The notes under the pieces: generated by a model
Seen by the model: the letters and a program-made list of their open reading frames with translations, nothing else
Databases searched by the model: none
Told to the model about the DNA's origin: nothing
Shown here: in pieces, positions 23,452 through 36,040 of the stretch
Layout: every line of letters begins with the position of its first letter
How positions within the stretch are numbered: the first letter of the stretch is position 1
Made by a program: the position numbers and the translations under genes
Assembly (NCBI RefSeq): GCF_001194135.2
Contig: NC_068984.1
Coordinates: forward strand, 123,114,700-123,178,699
Source of the DNA: Octopus bimaculoides
Lineage: Eukaryota
Length of the DNA stretch: 64,000 nt
Direction: 5' to 3'

Positions 23452-26125
23452 ATACATATTTGTACACATATACAAACATGCAAGTGTGTATGTGTGTGTG
23501 TGTGTATTCATGGTTTTTTTTACAGTTGTGATCCTCTTACAATTGCTGAGCTAAAACAGTAATGTTGTCATTTACCTTGTCAACAAACTGGCTCATGGCT
23601 TTGCATCTTTAATGACATTGGAATAAGGAATCACTTGAAAATGAAGTGACGTTGGTGAAAGGAAGGGCATCTGATGGTAAAGCTGTCATAATATGTCTCA
23701 AATTTTCTGATGCGTGCTAGCATAGGAAAAATAAACGATTTTATTTTATATATATATTTTATATTTTATTTTATATATATTTATATATGCATATACATAT
23801 ATATATATGATCATCCTTATCATTTTAACACCTGTCCAATCCATGTTGGAAAACAGATGTTAAATGATGATGATGATGACGACCCATTTTTCCATGCTTA
23901 CAAGGTCATACAGAGTTTATTGAGGCAGATTTTCTCTCATCGGATGCCCTTCCTGTTGTAAATCCTCACCTGTTTCCTCATGGCCAGACATGTTCATGCA
24001 GAATAATGGATATAGATGACAGCGACAATCATTTTATGACTATCATGCAATATCATGACAAAGAGGCACAAATATACACACACTCACATGTACATCATAC
24101 ATCACACCCACACACACACACACATATTTATATACATATAAAGTGCAGGATTCTTATAACTTCTGTCTGCCAAATCTACTCACAAAACTTTAGCTGGCTT
24201 GGGTTATAATAGAAAATACTTGCCCAAGGTGCCACGCAGTGTGACTGAACCTGGAACCATGTGGTTGGGAAGCAAGCTTCTTGCCATGCAGCTAAACCTG
24301 TGCTTATAATGTATGTGTATATACATATATATATGCATAAATACAGATAGATTTGGGGTGGAAGGAAACTGAAAGAGGCCTCTCATGTACACACGCACAC
24401 ACGTGCATGCATGTGTGTGTGTGTTTGTGTCTGTTTGTCCCCTACCACTGCTTGACAACTGGTGTTGGTATGTTTATGTTTCCATAACTTGGCAGTTCAG
24501 CAAAAGCGACCAATAGAATAAGTGCTTGGCTTAAAATAAGGAAAATAAGTACTGGGGTCAATTGATTAAACTTAAAATTCAAGGTAGTGCCCCAGCATGG
24601 CCACAGTCTAATCACTGAAAAAGGAAAAGATGTATCACCACCACCACCACCACCACCACCACGTGACACATTGGGACTAAACCCAAGACCACATAGTTAG
24701 AAAGTTAGCTTTTTAACCATTCAGTTACATCTGCACCTTTGTGTGTGTAGTGTGTGTGTGTATAATTGTAAAATATATTGGTTTCAATTTTTGGCACAAG
24801 GCCATCAATTCCGGTAGAGTTGATAACATCGACTTATTTTATCGACCCCAAAAGATGACAGGCAAAGTTGACCTTGGCAGAATTTGAACACAAAGTTGAC
24901 CTTGGTGGAATTTGAACTCAAAATCTTAAGACAGGATGAAATGCTGCTAAGCATTTTGCTTGGCATGTTAATGAGTGCCAGTTCACTGCCTTTAATAATT
25001 GTAAAATTTATTGAAATGTATTTCACATAGTGCAACATTTAATATAGAAACTCAATATGTTGGGAATAGTGGAGTGATATGTTTGTTATAGCAAGAGTTG
25101 ACTGTCTACTCTGAGCGTAGTAGTGTGCTTGGCTGTTCACACTTATGAATAGTTTGGAGTAAGACTCAAAATAGAGACTGTGAGCTTGGTAAATACACAC
25201 ACACATACATGCCTGTGTGTGCTCTCCCTACCTCCCTCTCTCTCTTGCGCATGCACATACACACACAGCGGTTTGGTAGATCAAATGGGAGAAATACAAT
25301 TTGATAAATGACTATATACATTTTTTATTACGTTTTAATTTTTATTATTTTTAATCACAAAAGATACAAATAGATTAAGAACTGTTAAATGTGTGTGTGT
25401 GTGTATATGTTTCTTTATTTATATTTATCTATTTATAAACTTTTCAGAAAGGTTGGTAGCAACTTGAAAGTTGTACCTTGCTTACCTTTGTCAGTCTGAT
25501 GAAGACATGTAAACCAAAATTTCAAAGTCATTATTAACTGCTTCATTGTAAATGTTGATAAATATATATTCTACTATAAAGTATTGAGTAACACTTCAGT
25601 TTAATGTATTAAAGAATACTCAACACTTCGCAGATGTGGTTGTTTGGTTAAGAAGTTTGCTTCTCAGTCATGTGGTAGATTTGGTAGACTGAAACTGAAA
25701 GAAGTCTGTTTTGTGAGTGTGTGTGTGTGTTTGTGCTGATTTTTGTTGATCTCCATGCTATAGTTTTAAAGGAGCTTCACAGTCACACAAGCTGTGTCAT
25801 TCCTTTTCTGTGAAACGTCTAAAAATTGGAAAATATTATATTGCATAGAAACTGGCAAAGATTGGTGCCTCGAAGGGCATGAAGTCAAAGCCATAAAGAA
25901 TCTGCTTCAATTAATTCTATCTGATCCATGCAAACATGAGAAAGTAGATGCTAAATCTCTAATGTATATATTTATATATCATCATCATCTCTGTATTGTT
26001 TCAATTTTAGAACATGTATTGCTGAAGCTTGTACATATTTTGTATATGTTCATTAATGCATGAAAGCAAAAATACAAAACATACAAATTATAGATTTACA
26101 CACATGTCTTAAAATAATCTGGGCT

Positions 26126-27452
26126 TCAGTATAACATAAAGGGACTGAAGAAGTTCCAGGTATAGAAGCAAGGTCTAGAATTGAAAGGCCTTAGAGTTAA
26201 CCTAGCAAAAACCAAAGTATTAGTAAGTAGGAAGGCAGAAAAATCACAAATCCCTTCAGGTAGATGGCCCTGCTCGATCTGTAGAAAAGGTGTAGGTAGA
26301 AACTCCATAAGATATACCCAGTGTAAGCTATGGACACATAAGAGGTGCAGCAATATCAGAGGAAAGTTAACAGGGAAAATAGCTTTTGTGTGTGGAAGAT
26401 GCACAGGTACAATAAACACCGAAAATATACAGAAAATGGATTTCATCAATTGCCAGTGGGTTAAGCTAGAGATAGTAGATAGCCTCCGTTATCTAGGTGA
26501 CCAAGTTAGTAGCAGAAGCGGATGCTCCGAGAGTGTAGCTGTGAGAATAAGAATAGGTTGGGCAAATTGAGAAAACTCCTACCTCTGCTGGCAACAAAGA
26601 ACCTCTCCCTCAGAGTGAAAGGCAGATTGTATGATGCTTGTGTGCAAACAGCAAAGCTACATGGCAGTGAAACATGGGCTGTGACAGCCAAAGCCATGTG
26701 TAGGCTTGAAAGAAATGAAGCCAGTATGCTTCGCTGGATGTGCTATGTAAGTGTGCATGTTCGACAGAGTGTAAGCATCATGAGAGAAAAGTTGGGCATA
26801 AGAGGCATCAGATGTGGTGTGCAAGAGAGACGACTGCACTGGTATAATCATGTAATGCATATGTATGAGGACAGCTGTGTAAAGAAGTGCCGATCTCTAA
26901 CTGTAGTGGAAACTTGTGGTAGAGGTAGACCCAGGAAGACATGGGATGAGATAGTGAAGCATGATCTTTGAACTTTGGGCCTCACAGAGACTAGTGACTG
27001 AGATCTCTGGGGATATGCTGTGCTTGAGAAGACCCATCAAGCCAAGTGAAATTGCAGTCATGGCTGATGCAGGTGTCATATAACTGGTACCCATGCCAGT
27101 GGCACAGAAAAAGTACCTTTTGAGTCTTGGGCCTCACAGAAGCAAAGTGGTCGATGCCGGTGGCATTTGAAAAGCTCCTTTCGAGTGTTGGGCCTCACAG
27201 AGGCAATGACCGAGACCTTTGGCATTATGTCATGCTTGAGAAGAAGACCATTCAAGCCAAGTAAAATCGCAGTTGTGGCAGATATCGATGTCACGTAAAA
27301 GCACCCATTACACTCTCTAAGTGGTTGGCGTTAGGAAGGGCATCCAGCCGTTGAAACCATGCCAAATCAGACTGAGGTCTGGTGCAGCCTTTCAGCTTAC
27401 CAGCCCCGGTCAAACCGTCCAACCCATTCCAGCATAAATAACGACAATGATA
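26126..27452 (+). mobile_element. 5'-truncated RTE LINE: RT C-terminus, PHD-like finger, 3'UTR with tandem subrepeats and tail
   Basis: Motifs GLRVNLAKTK, the Cys cluster, RYLGDQV, LHGSETWAV, LRWMC and GRGRPRKTW. The 3'UTR has ~3 imperfect GGGCCTCACAGA... repeats and ends in the common family tail. Confidence 0.92.
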
Positions 27453-27550
27453 ACAGTAAATCATTGTAAATATTTGAATGATTCAAGGGACGTAACTCTA
27501 TTTTAATGTTGAAAGAGTGACGTACCTTGGTGCTAAACGAAAATCTACCG

Positions 27551-27610
27551 CAGTGTTTCTCAACCGTGTTTTACCAATAGTCCCCTTTGATTCCTATTTC
27601 ACTCTACTGG
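27551..27610. mobile_element. Possible hAT MITE end truncated by gap
   Basis: CAGTGTTTCTCAACC is a hAT/Charlie-type terminus. The other end is not visible. Confidence 0.4.
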
Positions 27611-28083
27611 NNNNNNNNNNNNNNNNNNNNNNNNNNNNNNNNNNNNNNNNNNNNNNNNNNNNNNNNNNNNNNNNNNNNNNNNNNNNNNNNNNNNNNNNNN
27701 NNNNNNNNNNNNNNNNNNNNNNNNNNNNNNNNNNNNNNNNNNNNNNNNNNNNNNNNNNNNNNNNNNNNNNNNNNNNNNNNNNNNNNNNNNNNNNNNNNNN
27801 NNNNNNNNNNNNNNNNNNNNNNNNNNNNNNNNNNNNNNNNNNNNNNNNNNNNNNNNNNNNNNNNNNNNNNNNNNNNNNNNNNNNNNNNNNNNNNNNNNNN
27901 NNNNNNNNNNNNNNNNNNNNNNNNNNNNNNNNNNNNNNNNNNNNNNNNNNNNNNNNNNNNNNNNNNNNNNNNNNNNNNNNNNNNNNNNNNNNNNNNNNNN
28001 NNNNNNNNNNNNNNNNNNNNNNNNNNNNNNNNNNNNNNNNNNNNNNNNNNNNNNNNNNNNNNNNNNNNATACTCAAGGCATAA

Positions 28084-28514
28084 AAGAAGAATGGAAAATT
28101 ATACATTTTCAAAAATTATTCATCACAATATTATTCTTGTTAAATTCCAGTCTGACATATTTTAGCTGAACAAGTGTCCTAGTGTCCTTTGATGTAGCAT
28201 TTATGTGCATTTAGTTGATTCATTTGCAGTATATATTCATCCAAGGTAGACATTCCTAAGCAGCTTTGTTCAAAGTTTTACCCATACAGATGGCTGCAGC
28301 AAATTCACCTTTACGGGTAAAACCTTGAACAAAGCTGCAAAGGAATGTCTACCTTGGATGGATATATTCTGCAAATGAATCAACTAAATGCACATAAATG
28401 CTACATCAAAGGACACTAGGATACTTATTCAGCTAAAATATGTCAGACTGGAATTTAACAAGAATAATATTGTGATGAATAATTTTTGAAGATGTATAAT
28501 TTTCCATTCTTCTT
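28084..28514. repeat. Long inverted repeat (203-bp arms, 25-nt spacer)
   Basis: 28084-28286 is the reverse complement of 28312-28514, with 9 substitutions and no indels by manual alignment. It extends imperfectly to ~28073/28527. Confidence 0.95.
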
Positions 28515-29544
28515 CATGATGTCTTGATTAATTATTCTGTATGCTGTGTGAAATCTTGTGAAGCAAGCTCAGGATTTATTTATTGAGTGAAGTAACATTT
28601 AATTGTTTATCTTAAGCAGTTCTATTGTGTTCCCTATCATTTGATGTGGTTATCCTGATCTGGGTCATATTTGAGTACTGATAAGGTACCTGGCCGGATT
28701 CCAAATCCCTATTCCTTTATGTAATATATATATATTCTTTTATTTGTTTCAACCACATGGCTGTGCTCATGCTGGAGCATGCACACACACACACACACAC
28801 ATGTGCGCTCATTGAGGATATTCAAGTTCTTTGATCATAGTTTTCTTCAGATCAAACCTGTAACTAAACAACATTTTCCAATCCATCTTTTTCTGATTTA
28901 CATAATCTGTAAACTTTAAAAAAATATTTGGAAGCAAAACAGCCACATTTATTAGTCATTCTGGTGTGTTGGTATCTTTTAGTTCACAATGCTTTGCTGA
29001 AGAGATCTAATTTAGATTTGTCACTACATCCACTAAAAATCCAACTCCTTTTCCTTTTGACACATTTAAAATTTTTGGACAGTCGAAATTCTAAGAGTTC
29101 TCTCTTCCTTGCTTGTTATTTTTTTGTAAATTTTCATCACTATTAATGTTTTTTTTCTCATTATGGTTATAATTTCAATTGAATAAAACTTATTATTGAT
29201 TCAACACATTAAGTATGGTAACCTGTACTTCACTAAATGTCATATAAGTTAAGGGGAGATCTATAGAATGTCACATGTGAAAAATACTCAACCTATTGAA
29301 ATTTCCCTCTTAGATGGAGAGCCAAACGAAAATCTAACGATAATTTGTTTGTGACTAAGAAAAAAAGAAATAATTTCAAGAATTAATAGGTATGCTTAGG
29401 GGAAATCTGATCTTGTAGAGAAATGGTTAACCATGGACATATTTTGTTATTATTGGGTCTTATCAGTATAGTATAGTCACTTAAAGAAAAAGTGTTATGA
29501 AAAGTTTTGGCTAATCTTTTATCTTTTACTACTGACTGGCCTTC

Positions 29545-29737
29545 ATGCGGTGACACGTAAAAGCACCCACTACACTCTCTGAGTGGTTGGCGTTAGGAAG
29601 GGCATCCTGCTGTAGAAACTCTGCCAAATCAGATTGGAGCCTGGTGTAGCCATCTGGTTTCACCAGTCCTCAGTCAAATCGTCCAACCCATGCTAGCATG
29701 GAAAGCGGACGTTAAACGATGATGATGATGATGATGA
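29545..29737 (+). mobile_element. Young RTE LINE 3'-end fragment with (GAT)n tail (most abundant repeat in the window)
   Basis: Near-identical to ~31480-31655(+), 57210-57370(-) and 63735-63920(-). Older copies at ~8190, 14945, 27300, 35300, 39745, 40235, 49550, 51345 and 59842. Confidence 0.9.
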
Positions 29738-32641
29738 GTTTCTATCATTGAACTGTGGCCATGCTAGGACATCGCCTTAGAGGGATTTATTTAGACAACT
29801 CGAACTCAGTACTTATTATTTTTTATGTTTGTTACTTATTCTCTCAGCCGCTTTTGTTGAATTGCTAGGTTATGGTGACATAAGTAAAGTAACAGCGGTA
29901 GGAATGACAAACAGAAAGGCACACACACGCACTCAAACATAAATATAATGGGCTTCCACACAGTTTTTGTCTACCAGATTCATTCACAAAGTGTTCGTTA
30001 GTTCAAGGCTATAGTAGAAGACCTTTGTCGAAGGTACCACACAGTGGGACTGAACCCCAAACCATGTAGGTGCAAAGCAAGCTTCTTAAATCACAGCTTT
30101 GCTTAATTAAAAAAAAAAAAGAACAAAAAAAAATAAAAGAATTAGTTAAGGGAAATAACTCACATAAATCAATCATTTACTTATGATGAAAGAACAGAAA
30201 ATCTAGCAGTAATTGTGAGCAACTCCCAAAGAGAAAGAGAAATAATTTCAAGGAATTAATGATTATTTTCTCTTGATTAATTCACATGGTTATAGTAAAC
30301 TCTTGTAGATGTTATGTGTGTGTGTGTGTGTGTGTGAAAATGTAAAATCATTAAGATCTGAATAAAAAGCCTTTGATTTGTTCTATTATGTTTAGCATTG
30401 TTATTACTACCATTAGCACAGTTGCATTGCCAGAGATTAGGTATATGGATTTGTGTGTGTCACATTACTGACAATAACATTTGTTAATTTCTTCCCACCC
30501 TGTCGTCTTTTACAGAGTAAAAGAGCCACAAAAATGTAAAATCTACATTTTTCATAAAAAAACACATTGCAAGTTCAGATGTCCACCATATTCCCAGCAG
30601 CAAGCACACTTTATTCCTGGCCTATTTGATACATGTATGTGTGTGAATGTTTACAAACCTATACTGAGCTATTACTATAGATAGTGAAAGTTGTGATGTC
30701 ACTGTATGTAGTTGGGCTGCAACTGGTATTTAATTTATAAGCAGATTCAATCAATCTCTCAATTTCTAGAGCTATTTCCTCAAACCTAATTCAAGGAAAA
30801 GAAAATTTTGCACATCTGTGGCAACAATCTGGTAGCATTCTTTCACTGTGGGTTAAGTTTTTGATATTTGTTCTTCATGTTTTCTTATGTATAAATAATT
30901 TTGGAATACATCAGCCTTTGATGGGGTCATTACTGTAGGAAATTCTGCAGGAAATCCAAATGCTGAATTACGGTTTTTACTTCTAGTTGCCATTATATAA
31001 TTCTATATACTTAAATTATTACAGTTTAAACTTATGTAGGTATTTTTGTAAAATTACAATACAATTTAGCTCTAAAATAATCTGATAAACAAGGAAAATG
31101 CATTTTCTAAAAAAAAAAAAATTCATTTAACACATTGAAAAGTTGTAATTTTACCATGTTGGACAGATATAACCCTAATTTTCATATATTTTATTTAAAA
31201 TACTATTTGAAACTCTGTGCATACTGTGGAATTAAGGTTGCTTAAAAATGGTTGTGTTTTGCCCCTGTCTGGCTTCCGTGATGGTGGACCGTAAATGGCA
31301 CCATTTGAGCGTAATTGTTACCATTGTCGCCTTCTAGCACTTGTGCTGGTGGCATGTTAGAAAATCATTCGAGCGAGGTCGTTGCCAGTGTCGCTGGACT
31401 GGCTCCTGTGTAGGTGACATGTAAAAAAACACCTTTTGAGCGAGGCCAGTACCATGTGACTGGCCCTCGTGCCGGTGGCACGTAAAAGCACCCACTACAC
31501 TCTTGGAGTGGTTGGCGTTAGGAAGGGCATCCAGCTGTAGAAACTCTGCCAGATCAGATTGGAGCCTGGTGCAGCCTTCTGGCTTGCCAGTCCTCAGTCA
31601 AATCGTCCAACCCATACTAGCATGGAAAGCGGACATTAAACGATGATGATGATGATATGTATATGTATATATATGTTTGTGTGTGTGTGTAGTCACCTAT
31701 ATTTCATCCAGCTACCTATTTATACTTTTATCCATCCATCAATCTCACTTTGTAAATTATTTGGAACATTAGTTTTGCCTCAAAAATACATCACAGATCA
31801 TATTAATAACATGAAGCAGTTGATATCAACTTAGAGGATAATGGCATTAAGTTAGCTGTTTTAGATGATTTAACCCTTTTACCTGTTTTCTGTTTGAGTC
31901 AGCTTGATCCAGCCTCTAATGCTTATCCTACAATGTTATTCTAAAAATATGTAATCACATTATCAAAATCTCTAAGTTATGGGGAAATGCATGATTAATT
32001 AAAAGCAGTGTGATTAAATATGCATTACATTTGATAAAGTAATCTGAATACTAAAGGGTTAAGCATTCTGGCGTATGATTTTTATAAATATAATGTATCA
32101 AGTGTTTCATTGGTGCATAGCATTTGTTTTAGTTCGTAATCATTAATCTAAGCCTGTAGGGTTTTCTGTTAGTAATGACATTTTAACCAGGTTGTAAAAA
32201 AACTTACTAATCCAGATTATACCCTTACTTTGATAAAGCTGGATTACTAGGGTTTCATCCAGTGTGTGCATGTATTTATGTTTGTGTTTCTGTATGTATG
32301 AGTGTGGACATTATGTAAAGTGTATGAATGTGTGTGTATATATATATAAATATATATGTGTGTGTGCATGCGTGCAGGTGTGAGTGTGCATCTATAGTGA
32401 GGGTGTGGCAGTGTGGTAAGAAGTTTGCTTCTTGACCACATTGTTCCCGTTTCAGTCCTATTGCATGGCATCTCGGTCTATAGTCTTCTACTACAGCCCT
32501 GGGGTAGTGAGTGCATTTGGTAGGCATAGATGGAAACTGAAATATATATGTCAATCCATCCGTAGTACATATACACATACATACGTACGTACATACATAC
32601 ATACGTACATACATACATACATATATACATACATGCATACA

Positions 32642-33300
32642 TAGGGTTAGCAAGGAAGTAATTTCGTTTTTTGCAAATAGTTGTGATTTTTTGGAATGAC
32701 TTTTGTCAATGTTATGATTTTTTCTTTTTGACATTTGATAGCCATTACTTTTAGCTTAATTTAGAAGCAAATTGCACATAATTTTGTTTACAGCTGGTAG
32801 TTCAGTATCAATTTTAACATGGAGTGCAAAAACGAACATTTTCGCCATATTTTGCTTTTTTATTTCCCTAAAGGCAAGAAAGCTGCTGAGGCTCACAAAG
32901 AGATATGTGAAGTTTATGGTGTTGATTGCTTAACAGAACGCATATGTCAGAAATGGTTTTAATAATTCTATCCTGGAGATTTTTCACTCAAAGATGACCA
33001 ACTTTCTGGTTGACCTACTGAAGTTGATGATGACTGAATCAAACCCATAATTGAATCTGATTATCATATAACTGTGCAAAAGATTATAGAAAAGTTAAAT
33101 GTAACACACACAGCAATTGACAATCACTTAAAATGTTTTGGACTCATTACGAAGCTTGATATTTGGGTTCCACATAAATTGAAAGACATTCACTCAACGC
33201 TAGACCACATGTCTTTATTAACTCGAGAAAAATTATTGGAGATTGGTTGAGAATTGATGTCACATCCACCACATAACCCTGACCTTGCACCATGGTTTTG
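32642..33300 (+). mobile_element. Internally deleted mariner transposon
   Basis: TIR-like start TAGGGTTAGCAAGGAAGTAATT. ATG 32819 gives MECKNEHFRHILLF..KGKKAAEAHKEICEVYG, then WVPHKL and HPPHNPDLAP motifs. It contains stops. Confidence 0.88.
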
Positions 33301-33897
33301 AAAATATTTTAAAATATTTGTCATGGTTTTGAAAATATTTGAAAGTTTTGCTCAAGGAAGGGAAAAAGACACTGTCTTATTAGTTGCTATTAACTGCAAT
33401 CCACCTAAGTAGTCTATTTGGAAGCCAATGGCCCTAGATGAGCTTCTGGAAATCATCTGCTTACTGGAAAGGAGTACTAATCATAAACTGAAGTGAGGAC
33501 ATTAGGCTATGTGATTGCGCACCAGCAAATAGAATATCATTTCAAGGTGTATATTATTGTACTATCTAATATTGTATCTGTGCTGGAAAATTACTTAGTA
33601 GTCAGTTACACTACCTGAAGTAATATATCAAGAAACTGTTATTCTTAAACCAAGGCTCCAATCCAAATGTTTGCATGAAAAAGAAAAGAACTGTGTTCTA
33701 TAGTTGTGCCAAATTTAATGAGGCTGTCTTTACAAGATTGATAATTCCCTCTGCCCTTTGTCAGTTAGTTCTACTTCAAGGCTTTGTTTTCTTTTTAATA
33801 ACTTAACCACAGAAGGAGTGACAGTGTTCATGAGTCTACTAAGGCAGGTTTTCTGTAATGTAGATGGCATATTTGTTGAACACTAAGGATAAGTATA

Positions 33898-33942
<45 letters not shown>

Positions 33943-33952
33943 NNNNNNNNNN

Positions 33953-33997
<45 letters not shown>

Positions 33998-34855
33998 AAA
34001 GAGACCAGCTTATTTGAATAGAAATTGTATAGAGACGGAAAAAGTACATTTATCAATGAAGAGTGAGTGAGCCAGAAAGAAAGAGATCCTATCTAGGTGA
34101 AGTTAAGTTTAAATTGAGGTTGCTGGGTTACAATCAAAGCCGAATTTGAGTAAACTAAGGAGTGATCATTGGAGGAGGTGACAACTGGTATATGCAAGCC
34201 TTTTAGGGAGTTAAGTATTTGATAGAAATCTATTTACTCTTGCTATACACAGAAATAGATTTGGTTTGAATCTTTATGAGGTAGTACTAATATATAGTTG
34301 GGTGTGGTTAAACATGAGATAGTATGGGTTTATAAGTTGCATTCAAAGTATATGTAGATTTATTTTTATGTTGATTGTGTGTGTGTGTGTGTGTGTGTGT
34401 TGTTTCTAACATAGGTACAAGAACTGAAATTTGCGAGGGAGGGGCTTGTCGATTGTTTTAACCCTGTACGTGACAGGTACCTTATTTTATTGATTCTGGA
34501 GGGATGAAAGACAAAGTTCCTCTCAGCAGGATTTGAACTCAGAATTTAAATAGCTACAATAAATACTGCAAAGCATTTTTTCTGAAGCTCCAATGATTTT
34601 GCCAATCCACTATCCTTATATGTGTGTGTGTGTGTAATCACCATCATCTAATGTTCACTTTTCCACACTTGCATGACTCAGATGGAACTTGTTGAGGCAA
34701 GCTTCTTGCTGTTTCTGTCTACGAAATCCACTGACAAGGCTTTGATCATGCTCAGGGCTATAGTAAAAGACTCTTGCCAAAGGTGCCACACAATAGGAGT
34801 GAACTCAAGGCCACATGGTTAGGAGGAAGCAAGCTTCTTAACCACGTCATCATAC

Positions 34856-34894
<39 letters not shown>

Positions 34895-35963
34895 CATACA
34901 AATAAATTATTTATACATCCATAATTTCTCCATTTTATTACTTTCATCATTATTAACAATATGTATTACTATAATAATCCCTAATGAGGACCTGACATCC
35001 TCAAATTGACTATATATATATATATATATATATATTATAGGTACAGGAATGGCTGTGTGGTAAGACATTTGATCTTGAACCACATGATTTTGGATTCAGT
35101 CCCAGTGCATAGTTTCTTGGGCAAGTGTCTCCTACTATAGTCCTAGGCTAACCGAAGCTTTGTGAATGGATTTGGTAGGCAGAAACTGAAAGAAACCTGT
35201 CGTGTGTTACTATCTTCTTGTTTACAACTACCATGTGATAGTTGTAAACGAGTGTCACCGTCATGTAAGCAGTGTCCATTTCCAATCTTCTGTGGGAAAA
35301 CATGTCTGGTCACAAGAAAATATTACTTTACTTGGAAACAGGTGAGGGCTGGCGACAAGAAGGGCGTTCAGCCATAGGAAATCCACCTTAACAAATTTCA
35401 TCTCACCCATGCAAGCATGGAAATGTAGACATTAATATGATGATGATGATATATATTATTGTTATTAATTGAATAGAATGTACAATTCCTCACAGTGAAC
35501 AACCAGTTTCATTCAAGTTGAGGATTATTTAGATGTGAGAATCAGAAAAATGGGAAGTTTATTTATAATTAGTTCAGGTTATTGTGTTTGGTGTGCTAAT
35601 ATATTTGCGTGGGTGCGAAATTTGTTTTATTTGTGGGAAAAAAGAAGTGTGATTCAATAACTGTAGTTAGTAGGTTGTTTTGAAATAATTACTTTAAAAA
35701 TAGTTTAAAAATTGGGGTCAAGCATAAATAGACACATGCATAAAAACAGTATTGGACAGTTGGACAGAAGCAGTTGGTATGAGAATGGAGATAAAAATAC
35801 ATGAATTAATGAGAATAGAAATAAAAATAGCAACAGAATTAACTTTAATAAAAGAGTGTAATTTAGTGAGAGAATTGACCATTTTAGGTAAAGTTTTTAC
35901 GGGTGGTGTTACAGAGAGGGAGAGATTGTGGTGGGCTGATGCACACACACACACACACGCATG

Positions 35964-36036
<73 letters not shown>

Positions 36037-36040
<4 letters not shown>

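Noticed and set aside
25496-25530. Second CTGATGA...AAAAT hammerhead-like motif (also CTAATGAGG at ~34981)
   Set aside because: Stem II and stem I pairing are poor, and the motifs are too degenerate to support.
26970-27300. Spaced direct repeats resembling a CRISPR-like array (also 49816-49947)
   Set aside because: They are imperfect subrepeats of the LINE 3'UTR in a eukaryotic context, with no unique spacers or cas genes.
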